Shown piece by piece: positions 28,128-36,864 of a DNA stretch of 64,000 bases; position 1 is the first letter of the stretch; every line of letters begins with the position of its first letter. Under the pieces are notes generated by a model. The model was not told the origin of the DNA. It did not search any database and worked only from the letters and a program-made list of their open reading frames with translations. A program made the position numbers and the translations under genes. Origin of the DNA: a virus; the IMG/VR virus record IMGVR_UViG_3300037427_004270; one strand, given 5' to 3'.

Positions 28128-30130
28128 TATATCTTTACTCTCTCGATGTCTTCACTAGCTTGGTTGATATCTGAACATATTTTTAAGGTGCATCCTTTTT
28201 CGCTTAACCATTTTGACCACTTGCCAATTGCCTCAACGGAGATGCGCTCCTCTTCTTTGAGTTTTTCCATAGGCACGATGGACATGGTATCATTTTCTTG
28301 AATAAAATCTTTTTTATCAAAAGATGTTCCGCTTTTAGTGTAGAAGTGTTGCTTCTCTTTATCAGCGCCGATAAGTCTGTTATCATAACCCACTGTTACT
28401 ATCTCAGATAGACCTAAGTGTTCAACAAGGTAAATGACTGCTTCTGTCATAATGCCGGGACCATATGGCCGTAGAACCTTTTGCTTTTCAAGAGTCCAAT
28501 CTTCATATTCGTCAGTTGATGCCAGAGAATTTGCAAAGTCCCTCTCTTTGATAAAGAATTTCAAATCGCATTGCCCCAATCTATAAGGGGTAGATGAAGC
28601 CTCCATAACAAGAGGATGCTTTTTATTATAGTCATAGTGTTTGAAGTTGGCACAATTATAAACGTGAAAGTCTACAAACTCACCATACAAGTCATAAGCT
28701 TGCTTTACTGATATGCAAATGTTTTCTTCAAGCAGTTTTTTTAACTTTTCTTGATCGTTGTCCAACAGAGTTGGTCCACAAGAAACAATATATGCCTTTT
28801 CTCCCTTTAGAGAATCTTTTAAGAATCTCAACTTCTCGTTCTGAGAAGGGATTTCTCTACATTTTTCTACTATAAAATCTGCTTTCTTTTTTCCCTCTAG
28901 CTTATCAGCCTCTTCTCTTAAAGCAGGAATAGGATCGACGTACTCCACATGGCCCATCGCATCCATAAACTGTGCCATTACTTTATCTGGGCTATGTTTT
29001 TCGAGCAATATTTTTTGAAGCTTGTTTGCTTGACTCTTTAGTCTAGTATGCTCCTTGGCCATCTCTTCTATTCTCTGCTGAAATGATACCTTCTTTGGAA
29101 AGCACCACGATGCATAAGGCTCTATAACACCTTTCCAGTGTGCCTCTTTTTGTACTCTTCCCATCTCAAATTGAACATTTGAAAAATATTTCTTTTTCTT
29201 TTTCTTTCCTTTTTCTTCCTGCGTTAAGAAGTCCATCTGTCCAGACCAGCCTGGGGCTATCACCGGAAGGCCATGATAGGCTGCTTCAAATAAAGGAAGC
29301 CCATATCCCTCGCCATGGGCCAGGCTGACCATTGCTTTCACTTTATCGTGTTGCAACAAAGATGACATCTCTTCCTCTGTCATCCTTCCATGCAGAAGGT
29401 GCACTTTGCACTTTCTAGTTGGATATTTATTCAATATAGATGAGATCTTGTGTTTCGTATGCATGAGGTCTAACTCTGAATTTCCTGCCATGCCGGTCTT
29501 TAAGATAAGGCCCACATCTTCTCTATCATGAAACTTCTCAATAAACCACATTATGGTGTTTTCAACGTTCTTTCTTACGCCCATAAGGGCGACGAGCAGA
29601 AAGTTAAAGTCAGAGGAAAAGTCTATATCAAGCTTCTTTTCTGAGATCTCTTTTACTGGGTATCCGACAACATCCACAGGAGTATTTAACGCTAGTTGAG
29701 CTCCGCCGCCTGCATCAAGCGAAGTGTCCAAGAGTCCACTTTTAGCATGTTCTGATACAACAATTACCTTATTCATCAAATTGCACTTCTGAATCCACTC
29801 TGGTGAGATCTGGTCGCATTCAATTCCTGCAGTGCATCCGATATTATAATTTGCCACCTCATTATTGAACTCATTCGGGATAGTCACTTGCAAGGATATG
29901 TCGAACGCCTGATCTGCTGGTGGTTTGGTTGTCAGTTTGTCGGCCAACTCTGTCATCCATCGGCCTTCGTCTGTATCTGGAAACTCCCATGAGGTTTGGC
30001 CCCAGTTTAAAGGATGAAGATAAATATCATAAGTATTCTCGTGTTCTCGAAGTGATCTAAGAACAAAGCGACAATGCTCTCCGTAACCTGATGCGCTAAA
30101 TGCTGGCCCTATTACGATTACTGTTTTCAT
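28127..30130 (-). CDS. Two-domain glycosyltransferase: GT4-like N-terminus plus Maf/DUF115-like C-terminus
   Basis: SGYG, HGEGYGLPLFEAA (GT-B ExxGxxxxE), then KAYIVSCGPTL..GPGIM..LGLSEIVTVGYD. Start at the ATG 30130 (ATGA overlap). Confidence 0.8.
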   Translation of the reverse strand: MKTVIVIGPAFSASGYGEHCRFVLRSLREHENTYDIYLHPLNWGQTSWEFPDTDEGRWMTELADKLTTKPPADQAFDISLQVTIPNEFNNEVANYNIGCTAGIECDQISPEWIQKCNLMNKVIVVSEHAKSGLLDTSLDAGGGAQLALNTPVDVVGYPVKEISEKKLDIDFSSDFNFLLVALMGVRKNVENTIMWFIEKFHDREDVGLILKTGMAGNSELDLMHTKHKISSILNKYPTRKCKVHLLHGRMTEEEMSSLLQHDKVKAMVSLAHGEGYGLPLFEAAYHGLPVIAPGWSGQMDFLTQEEKGKKKKKKYFSNVQFEMGRVQKEAHWKGVIEPYASWCFPKKVSFQQRIEEMAKEHTRLKSQANKLQKILLEKHSPDKVMAQFMDAMGHVEYVDPIPALREEADKLEGKKKADFIVEKCREIPSQNEKLRFLKDSLKGEKAYIVSCGPTLLDNDQEKLKKLLEENICISVKQAYDLYGEFVDFHVYNCANFKHYDYNKKHPLVMEASSTPYRLGQCDLKFFIKERDFANSLASTDEYEDWTLEKQKVLRPYGPGIMTEAVIYLVEHLGLSEIVTVGYDNRLIGADKEKQHFYTKSGTSFDKKDFIQENDTMSIVPMEKLKEEERISVEAIGKWSKWLSEKGCTLKICSDINQASEDIERVKI

Positions 30131-31392
30131 AGCTCTACGTGCCTCCATGTTTCATAATTTTTTCTAGTTTCCCAAGAGCCATGCTCCTCGGCGACTCGCT
30201 CAAAGATGTCTTGCCATTGTTTGTTAAAATTATCAAAGTTATAATTTTTCAAGACATGTTCTCTGCCTTTTTTGCCCATCTCTCTTCGTTCTTTTTCAGA
30301 CATATTAATAAACTTCTCTAGGCATTCAATAAGGTCATCTTCGTTTATTCGGTCCTCGTAGATATATGGTATTTCTTGTGAACCAATAATTGCCTTTGAA
30401 GAAGGCTCAATACCAAAGCCAAACCATTCTTCTCCATCTGTAACTTGTTCTTGTAAGCCGCCTGTCATATTAACTATGATGGGGCGCTCAGCCGACAGAC
30501 TCTCAAGAGTCGCGAGGCCGAAGCCCTCGGCGTCGCTTATGTTTATGGTACAGTCAATGCAGTTATACAAAGTGCCCATATTTTCAGGAGGTAGTTTTTG
30601 AGTGGAGAACTTTACTTGACCTTCTGTAAGTTTTAGATATCCCAAAATTGCATCTAGGTCTTGGCCATGAACATCCTTAACATCTGTGTGCATAAGTAAC
30701 ATAGCTTTGTCGTGACCTACTTTATCTAGAAACTTTTTAAACCAAAAAATCAAAGAACCACTTTGTTTTCTCCTGGCGTTTCTATTGTTCCAAAAAAATA
30801 TTACTTTTTCGGAGTTATTGTTGGTTAGTTCCTGCCTCATCCTGCGAACATCTTCGTTGTCATCTGGGAGTCTTTTGAAGATCTCTGAGTCTACAGCGTG
30901 AGGCACCCTCTCTCTGTCTACATTTGGTGCAAGAGTCTTGACAATATCGTCAGTGACCTTACTGATCGTAGCTATAAAATCATTTGAGCGGTACCACACT
31001 GAATTGTAATCTGGGTATGGATAGTTGTCCCAGACATGATAATACAAAAGTGGACACTTAGATCTTATCTCGTCTTCCATCGACCACAGCCAACCATAAA
31101 ATCTTGGGTCTGTCATGATCCAAACAAAGTCTGGCTTGTCCGTATTGATAATGGACCTGACCATTTCTTTTGTTCCGTATCCATCTACTGGTTTTATTAG
31201 CCAGTCTTGGCCGAACTCTTCTACGCTTTGTAGACGATAGTCAATGTGTTTTATAGCTCCGGCCAAGGAAAGTATTTTATATTTTCCTGTCCTAAGCAGA
31301 GCTTCACAAACGTACTTTGTTTGTGTTCCGACGCCACTTGGTGAAAGAGGGTGGTCGGAAATTGTTAAAATAGTTTTTTTCTTTTCGGACAT
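30127..31392 (-). CDS. GT4-family glycosyltransferase (421 aa)
   Basis: SDHPLSPSGVG, NNRNARRKQ, SDAEGFGLATLESL. Confidence 0.9.
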   Translation of the reverse strand: MSEKKKTILTISDHPLSPSGVGTQTKYVCEALLRTGKYKILSLAGAIKHIDYRLQSVEEFGQDWLIKPVDGYGTKEMVRSIINTDKPDFVWIMTDPRFYGWLWSMEDEIRSKCPLLYYHVWDNYPYPDYNSVWYRSNDFIATISKVTDDIVKTLAPNVDRERVPHAVDSEIFKRLPDDNEDVRRMRQELTNNNSEKVIFFWNNRNARRKQSGSLIFWFKKFLDKVGHDKAMLLMHTDVKDVHGQDLDAILGYLKLTEGQVKFSTQKLPPENMGTLYNCIDCTINISDAEGFGLATLESLSAERPIIVNMTGGLQEQVTDGEEWFGFGIEPSSKAIIGSQEIPYIYEDRINEDDLIECLEKFINMSEKERREMGKKGREHVLKNYNFDNFNKQWQDIFERVAEEHGSWETRKNYETWRHVEL

Positions 31393-31404
31393 TTATTACT
31401 CCAT

Positions 31405-32187
31405 TTATGGACAATGCTCCGTTCTGTGAAAGGCGCATGTGCGGCACGATAAGCGGTTCTTAAACCAACGCTCACTATCGACATTGTACACTGCATCACT
31501 CAACATTTTAAGAGCATTATTTATTTTCTTTTCGCCGTTTGCAACTTCGACGAATTCAACTTCGTTTTTCTTCGCAGTTCTTTTTAACAAAGCAAAATAA
31601 GTTTTAATGTTTTCCTTGGGAATCCCGAGGGCTTCAGAGACAAAGTGTTTGTAATATGAAAGCTGATAAGTGGTCATGGTGTCTGCCTTCTTTCTAGCAT
31701 CCCATCCCCACGAACAAGTCTTCCAATCTATAACGTGATATGTGTCTCCGGTTTTGATAATGAGATCGACATAACCAACAAAGTCGTATTCATCGGTGGT
31801 GTCGAATTCTAGGTCCCTTATCTTTTCTCTTATTTCGTATTCAGCATCAACAACTTTGAATTCCCCAAACCTCTTCTTGAGTTCTGGGTATACCAAGTGT
31901 GATAGCTTTTTTCCTTGTTCTAGAAATTCATAATAGGTATCTTCATCATATTCTTCTATTACATCTTGTGGTAGTTTTTTCATTTCTAGGAAATATTGTT
32001 TCTCGAAGATAGCTTCGTGATTTACATTATTGTTTTTAAGTACTGCGTTCTCACACAATGTGTGGAGAGCCGTACCAAAAGCAGTGTAGATATTTCCCTG
32101 AAAAGCTTTTAGCTTATCTACTCTTGTAAGTTTATAATAGAAAGGACAGAATTTCCAGTCTTTGATACCCGAAAAAGATAAATGCAT
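31405..32187 (-). CDS. Cas4/RecB-like PD-(D/E)xK nuclease with four cysteines (probable Fe-S cluster)
   Basis: LSFS..KFCP, GYVDL..VIDWKT, YQLSYY, CRTCAFHRTEHC. AAGGAG ribosome-binding site precedes the ATG at 32187. Confidence 0.85.
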   Translation of the reverse strand: MHLSFSGIKDWKFCPFYYKLTRVDKLKAFQGNIYTAFGTALHTLCENAVLKNNNVNHEAIFEKQYFLEMKKLPQDVIEEYDEDTYYEFLEQGKKLSHLVYPELKKRFGEFKVVDAEYEIREKIRDLEFDTTDEYDFVGYVDLIIKTGDTYHVIDWKTCSWGWDARKKADTMTTYQLSYYKHFVSEALGIPKENIKTYFALLKRTAKKNEVEFVEVANGEKKINNALKMLSDAVYNVDSERWFKNRLSCRTCAFHRTEHCP

Positions 32188-32212
32188 ATTTACTCCTTGA
32201 GGTATTATTATA

Positions 32213-32605
32213 TCACTTAGTTGTTGTTTTGTCAACTACTTTTGTTTGAAAACTTGTTTTCTTTGCAAAAACAGGCACTTCAGGGCTTCCTTCTGTTGCC
32301 GACCTTACCGTTTTTTTGAGTTTTTGTTTTGGTGGTATCGTTTTTTTAGGAACTTTTGGCTTGCTTTGTTGTTGCGATAGCGGAAAGATCCATGTACCTT
32401 GGTGCTGACATGTTCCCTTTTCGTTTGAAAGAGTGCATTCTTTTATGAATGTTTTTGAGAAAACAATTCCCTCTTCCTTGAGCAGTTGAATTACATCTCT
32501 GGTTGTCACTTGTTTTTGTTCCTGTGTTGCTAGTTTTCTTTTTGGAAGTTTAATAGTTATAGAAACTGTGCCTTCCTTATTATTTATTTTAATATCTTTT
32601 TTCAT
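32213..32605 (-). CDS. Hypothetical basic protein (130 aa)
   Basis: GAGGAG ribosome-binding site; tiled ORF. Confidence 0.7.
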   Translation of the reverse strand: MKKDIKINNKEGTVSITIKLPKRKLATQEQKQVTTRDVIQLLKEEGIVFSKTFIKECTLSNEKGTCQHQGTWIFPLSQQQSKPKVPKKTIPPKQKLKKTVRSATEGSPEVPVFAKKTSFQTKVVDKTTTK

Positions 32606-32616
32606 TATTTCTCCTC

Positions 32617-33231
32617 TTAATGTTCGATAGCTTTGCTTATAATTTTATACACCTTATTGTGCATTTGTTTAAGTCTTGTTTTCTTTTTTTGATAATAACC
32701 AACGAGACAATCTGAAAAATATTCTTCTATACTCACAATAGATTCTTCATTTAGAAAGCTCTTTTTTATTTGCTTTGACAGAAGTTCTGTATCTATTTTC
32801 GCTATTTGTCTTTCAAAACTATTATTTTTTTCCTCATACAAAAAGTCGCAGAGAGGAACTTTGTTTGTTTTTCCGACAACGCCATAATATAATTCTACTT
32901 TTTTGGCAAAATAGAGATCTCTTATCTTTGCAGAGATTCTTTTTTCATTTTCTCGATAATATTCAAGGGAGATCTCTTTTAAGAATGAGGAAAAACATTT
33001 TTCTATATTATAAACTTCGTTAGATAAAAATACAGTACCTTTTTTATAAGAAGCTTTTCTGTCTTCCAGCTTTTCTTGTCTGATGAATATAATTTTTTTG
33101 ATATTCGATAAAAAAACTTTATCTACTTTATCTATCTTTTTTATTAAAATATTGACATCAAAGTTTATGGGAGCGGTATCTCTAAAATATACGGGAATTC
33201 CTTGTTTAGTTTCATAATACTTTCGCTGCAA
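32617..33231 (-). CDS. Hypothetical AT-rich protein, possibly a degenerate zincin-like homologue; start uncertain
   Basis: Long ORF with a TTG start and no early Met; no intact HExxH. Confidence 0.5.
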   Translation of the reverse strand: MQRKYYETKQGIPVYFRDTAPINFDVNILIKKIDKVDKVFLSNIKKIIFIRQEKLEDRKASYKKGTVFLSNEVYNIEKCFSSFLKEISLEYYRENEKRISAKIRDLYFAKKVELYYGVVGKTNKVPLCDFLYEEKNNSFERQIAKIDTELLSKQIKKSFLNEESIVSIEEYFSDCLVGYYQKKKTRLKQMHNKVYKIISKAIEH

Positions 33232-34549
33232 GGGAAGCCACCTCTGATCTTTCTCCCTTTTTAAGTGTGATATGCCCGGATATCTGATATTCTTTAAACT
33301 TTTCTACTGCATGAACAAGACCGTTCGAAGTCTCATTGATATAGACATTATCTATTTGTTCGACATCGCCGGTGAGAATAATCTTTGTATTGTCGCCGAC
33401 TCTTGTTATTATAGTCTTAATTTCGTGTCTTGTTAAGTTTTGAGCCTCATCAATTATAATATATGCGTTTGCGATAGATCTGCCTCTAATAAAAGTTAGG
33501 GCCTCTACCTCAATAATACCTTTGTCCATATATTCCTGAAACATCTCTTTGTCATTACCCATCAAGAACTGAAGGTTGTCTTGTATCGGGGATAACCAAG
33601 GGATCATTTTTTCCTCTAGTGTTCCTGGCAAGAAGCCAATGTCTTTCCCTAAAGGCTGTACTGGTCTTGAAATTATAAGCCTGGAGTATGCATCTGTATC
33701 GTTTGACAAAGTTTGCTGTAGGCCTGCAGCGAGGGCACACAATGTTTTTCCCGAACCTGCTCTACCAATGAGGGAAACTACTTTGATGTTCTTATCCATA
33801 AGAAGATCAAATGCAAAGCTCTGCTCTTTGTTTCTTGGCTGTAAGCCCCATACTGAGTCTCTTTTTACAATCTTCCTAAGTGGTGTCTCATAGTCTGTAA
33901 ACCTAGACAGTGCTGTTTTCTTTTCGCTAGAGTTGGATATCAACATTATAAATTCATTGCACTTGTGATTGGGGTGTTGTTCCTTGTCGAGATAAATATC
34001 ATCTCCCGCATAAAACCTGTCTATGAGCTCGTCATCCATCAAAATTTCAGAAAAGCCATAATAAACATCCTCTTCGCTACTAACAACCTTTTCCGTATCG
34101 AAGTCTGCGGATTTCATGCCAATGCATTGACATATGACTCGCATATTGATATCTCTTGATACGACAACAATTTCGTCTAAAATATTTATTTTTCTTGCAT
34201 AGTTGTAGATTGTCTGCAGTATTTGATGATCTGCTATCTCTTGCGAAAGCTCTTTTGGGAGTGCTAGCTCTCCAGTGTCATAAACAACAATAAGGTTTCC
34301 TTTCCCCTCTGTTATCTGAACACCCTCTCTCAAGTCTCCCTTCTCTCGAAGTTCATCAAGGGCTTTGATCGCAAGCCTAGCGTTCATGCCAACAGAGTCT
34401 TGGCGCTTCTTGTGTTTATCTATCTCTTCTAATACTTTTATTGGAAGAACTATGTCGCTTTTACTACCAAAGCTATATATGCAACTTGCGTTTGTCAATA
34501 AAACACTGGTGTCTAAAGCGTAGGTTATGCGTTTTTCTGTCATTAACAT
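33212..34549 (-). CDS. phoH: PIN-PhoH (PhoH2/YlaK-type) protein (445 aa)
   Basis: PIN: YALDTSVLL, VLEEIDKHK, SRDINMR. PhoH: GRAGSGKT, ISRP, RGRS, IIDEAQN, GDVEQID. Confidence 0.92.
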   Translation of the reverse strand: MLMTEKRITYALDTSVLLTNASCIYSFGSKSDIVLPIKVLEEIDKHKKRQDSVGMNARLAIKALDELREKGDLREGVQITEGKGNLIVVYDTGELALPKELSQEIADHQILQTIYNYARKINILDEIVVVSRDINMRVICQCIGMKSADFDTEKVVSSEEDVYYGFSEILMDDELIDRFYAGDDIYLDKEQHPNHKCNEFIMLISNSSEKKTALSRFTDYETPLRKIVKRDSVWGLQPRNKEQSFAFDLLMDKNIKVVSLIGRAGSGKTLCALAAGLQQTLSNDTDAYSRLIISRPVQPLGKDIGFLPGTLEEKMIPWLSPIQDNLQFLMGNDKEMFQEYMDKGIIEVEALTFIRGRSIANAYIIIDEAQNLTRHEIKTIITRVGDNTKIILTGDVEQIDNVYINETSNGLVHAVEKFKEYQISGHITLKKGERSEVASLAAKVL

Positions 34550-34561
34550 TCCTTACACTTA

Positions 34562-34568
34562 TAAATAG
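34562..34568 (-). promoter_or_regulatory. CTATTTA candidate late-promoter motif upstream of phoH
   Basis: Coding-strand AACTATTTAT in the intergenic gap, 12 nt before the ATG. Confidence 0.5.
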
Positions 34569-34605
34569 TTTTATAAAAATATTTTGTAGAATATCACTCG
34601 AAAGT

Positions 34606-34612
34606 ATATTTA
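34606..34612 (+). promoter_or_regulatory. ATATTTA variant of the candidate late promoter, 4 nt before the protease ATG
   Basis: TATTTA-catt-ATG; same spacing as the copies at 41401 and 52559. Confidence 0.4.
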
Positions 34613-34616
34613 CATT

Positions 34617-35336
34617 ATGAAGAAAATATTCTTAACGAGCCTGTGTGCACTATTTTTATTATCATCTTGTACAATTTTTAGCACACTCGTTATCAAAAAT
34701 AAGAAAGATTCTTTCGTTCAAGTCCTTTCTATAAAGACGGTAAGCGGTGGAGAGATCGGACTTAGCACTGCTTCCGGAGTAGTTGTTGAAAACCGAGGTA
34801 ACAAGTCCTACATTTTGACTGCTGGTCACTTTTGTCTAGATAAAGACGATATTAATAAAACTATATCGCCTATCGAGGGAGTGGTTATAACTAAATTAAA
34901 CGGAGGGCATGAGAAAGGTCGAGTCTTTGCGATCTCTAGATTGTGGGACATATGCCTGTTAGAATCCCCGAAGCTGGGTCTTGACTCTGTTAAAGTCGCT
35001 GCTCACGATATTGAGGTTGGCGACAACGTAGTAAACATCGCTGCACCTAACGGTTTATTTGGAAAAGATCTTGTAATGTCATATGAAGGACGATATTCCG
35101 GGCATGGCGGGAACGGATATGCTGTGGAGACAGAAGTTGATTTCTATACATTCCCTGTCGCTCCTGGTAGTTCAGGGAGTCCAATATTTAATTTAAAAGG
35201 CGAAATTGTAGGCTTAGTATTCGCCGTAGACGCCAGGTATCACCATATTACCTTGGCAGTAACAAGAGAACAAATAATAATGTTTTTAGAGAGTGTTCTC
35301 GACCTAGACTATATTATAGAAAGACCAAGGAAGTAA
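34617..35336 (+). CDS. Trypsin-like (S1) serine protease, predicted lipoprotein (239 aa)
   Basis: Signal peptide ending LLSSC; catalytic triad motifs LTAGHFC, WDICLL, PGSSGSP. Confidence 0.9.
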   Translation: MKKIFLTSLCALFLLSSCTIFSTLVIKNKKDSFVQVLSIKTVSGGEIGLSTASGVVVENRGNKSYILTAGHFCLDKDDINKTISPIEGVVITKLNGGHEKGRVFAISRLWDICLLESPKLGLDSVKVAAHDIEVGDNVVNIAAPNGLFGKDLVMSYEGRYSGHGGNGYAVETEVDFYTFPVAPGSSGSPIFNLKGEIVGLVFAVDARYHHITLAVTREQIIMFLESVLDLDYIIERPRK

Positions 35337-35343
35337 CTATTTA
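35337..35343 (+). promoter_or_regulatory. CTATTTA candidate late-promoter motif upstream of the J-domain gene
   Basis: Plus-strand copy in the gap before a plus-strand gene; orientation follows the gene. Confidence 0.45.
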
Positions 35344-35367
35344 CCTGTATTAACCTGGTCCTTTCTC

Positions 35368-36042
35368 TTGAAAACAAAAAACAAAAAAAGAAAAATTCTA
35401 AAGTTTGAGTTATTGTCCTTAGACTATCAAGACGTATGTGATGTTTTTGAAACATGCGAAACTGAATTTCATAAGAATTTCTTTGATCCCAAATTAGAAG
35501 AGCAAATAAAAGAACAAGAAGAAGCTATGAAAAAAAGGGAAGAAAAAGATAAGGAAAACAATGCCAAGGAAAAAGAAAAAAAGATGTCCGATTCCACAGA
35601 TATTCAATCTCCCAACAAACAAGAACAGAGCAGCGAGAAAGAAAGCAGCGAACTCGAAGTAAAAGAAGAGAAGATCTCTAAAAAAGTGGTTCGAAAGTTG
35701 TTCAGGGCAATTGCGCTTGAGACACACCCCGATGCTCTATACGGCGAAGATGCAGATACAATAGAATATAAAGAGAGCTTATATAAAAAAGCAGCTCGTG
35801 CTGCCAAAAAAGGTAAGGAGTACGAGCTGCTTGAAATAGCTGTATCGTTAGGTATTACTGATATATTAAACGATACGGAAATTTATTTATTATTAGATAA
35901 AGCCATGATGAACTTGAAAAATAAAGTACATCAACTAAAAAATTCTATAATGTGGCTATGGTATCACGCCAACGGTAAACAGAAAAATATTCTTGAAATA
36001 CAGATACAAAAACAACTTGGCCTTAAAAAAAGAGATGAATAA
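35368..36042 (+). CDS. J-domain-like protein with charged coiled-coil (224 aa)
   Basis: VVRKLFRAIALETHPD matches the J-domain helix II-HPD pattern; TTG start. Confidence 0.65.
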   Translation: MKTKNKKRKILKFELLSLDYQDVCDVFETCETEFHKNFFDPKLEEQIKEQEEAMKKREEKDKENNAKEKEKKMSDSTDIQSPNKQEQSSEKESSELEVKEEKISKKVVRKLFRAIALETHPDALYGEDADTIEYKESLYKKAARAAKKGKEYELLEIAVSLGITDILNDTEIYLLLDKAMMNLKNKVHQLKNSIMWLWYHANGKQKNILEIQIQKQLGLKKRDE

Positions 36043-36043
36043 A

Positions 36044-36226
36044 TTATTCTTCTGAGGCGCAGGCGACAGTAATTTTCTGAGGTTCGAAAACATAGCTTGT
36101 TTCTGTTCCCGAGTCTTTTTCATTGCCAGCGTCTGGAATGCCTGCATCTGGGCTGTCTACAACCAGAGGGTTGCACGATAGGCAAGTCAATGCCAAGAAA
36201 GTAAGGGTACTTGCTCTTTTTTTCAT
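36044..36226 (-). CDS. Small predicted lipoprotein with PDAG repeats (60 aa)
   Basis: AAAGGA ribosome-binding site; MKKR + hydrophobic stretch + CLSC; SPDAGIPDAG. Confidence 0.55.
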   Translation of the reverse strand: MKKRASTLTFLALTCLSCNPLVVDSPDAGIPDAGNEKDSGTETSYVFEPQKITVACASEE

Positions 36227-36288
36227 TTTAATGTCCTTTGTTTTGAAATATTAGTAAAAAATAAGATGTATTAGCTGTATAAGTAGTA

Positions 36289-36807
36289 TCATACTACGTC
36301 AAAATCCTCTTTGCGGCGCTTAGAAAACCATTTTGGGATCTTTTCTTGTGGATACCGCATCTTTGGCTTGTCAGAATAGAAGTCACGATATGACTTGACA
36401 ACGTTGTCACTCTTATATTCATCGGGCATACACAGAGGAAGTTGCGTAGGCTCGTGGCTTGGGAACTTCGATACATCGAACAACTCTTTGCAAATGTTTA
36501 ATACACGCTCACACTTGTGAACTTTGTGTTGGCCGAAGCGCAACTTGTATTCTTCCAACATAGCCTCGGTATGTTTTACCAAGTTAAGGAAGTTGGCAGA
36601 AGACTCGCGCACCCATTTTGTAGATGGGTGGTTGAAGTGTGCATTACGATAAGGTGTCTCGAAGCCGTGATGGTTGAGAGTTGTGCAAAGCATTTGACAG
36701 CTTTCTAATATCATCTTGACAACACGATAGTTGTCTAGCTCACGAGCTGACTGTTCCCAGTCGATAGTTCCGGTTTGTTCGCATCCACTAATAGCAAAAA
36801 TATTCAT
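36289..36807 (-). CDS. Pyrimidine-dimer DNA glycosylase-like (DenV/endonuclease V family) protein (172 aa)
   Basis: MNIF..VVKMILESCQMLCT..HFNHPSTKWVRES..EYKLRFG..H, CMPDEYK..VKSYRDFY. Confidence 0.7.
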   Translation of the reverse strand: MNIFAISGCEQTGTIDWEQSARELDNYRVVKMILESCQMLCTTLNHHGFETPYRNAHFNHPSTKWVRESSANFLNLVKHTEAMLEEYKLRFGQHKVHKCERVLNICKELFDVSKFPSHEPTQLPLCMPDEYKSDNVVKSYRDFYSDKPKMRYPQEKIPKWFSKRRKEDFDVV

Positions 36808-36829
36808 ATGATCCCTCCTAGAGAGTCAT

Positions 36830-36858
36830 ATTATACTACATGTGTGGATATTTGTCAA
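36830..36858 (-). promoter_or_regulatory. Sigma70 promoter TTGACA-17-TATAAT
   Basis: Exact consensus; AGGAGG ribosome-binding site before the ATG at 36807. Confidence 0.9.
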
Positions 36859-36864
36859 GTATGT

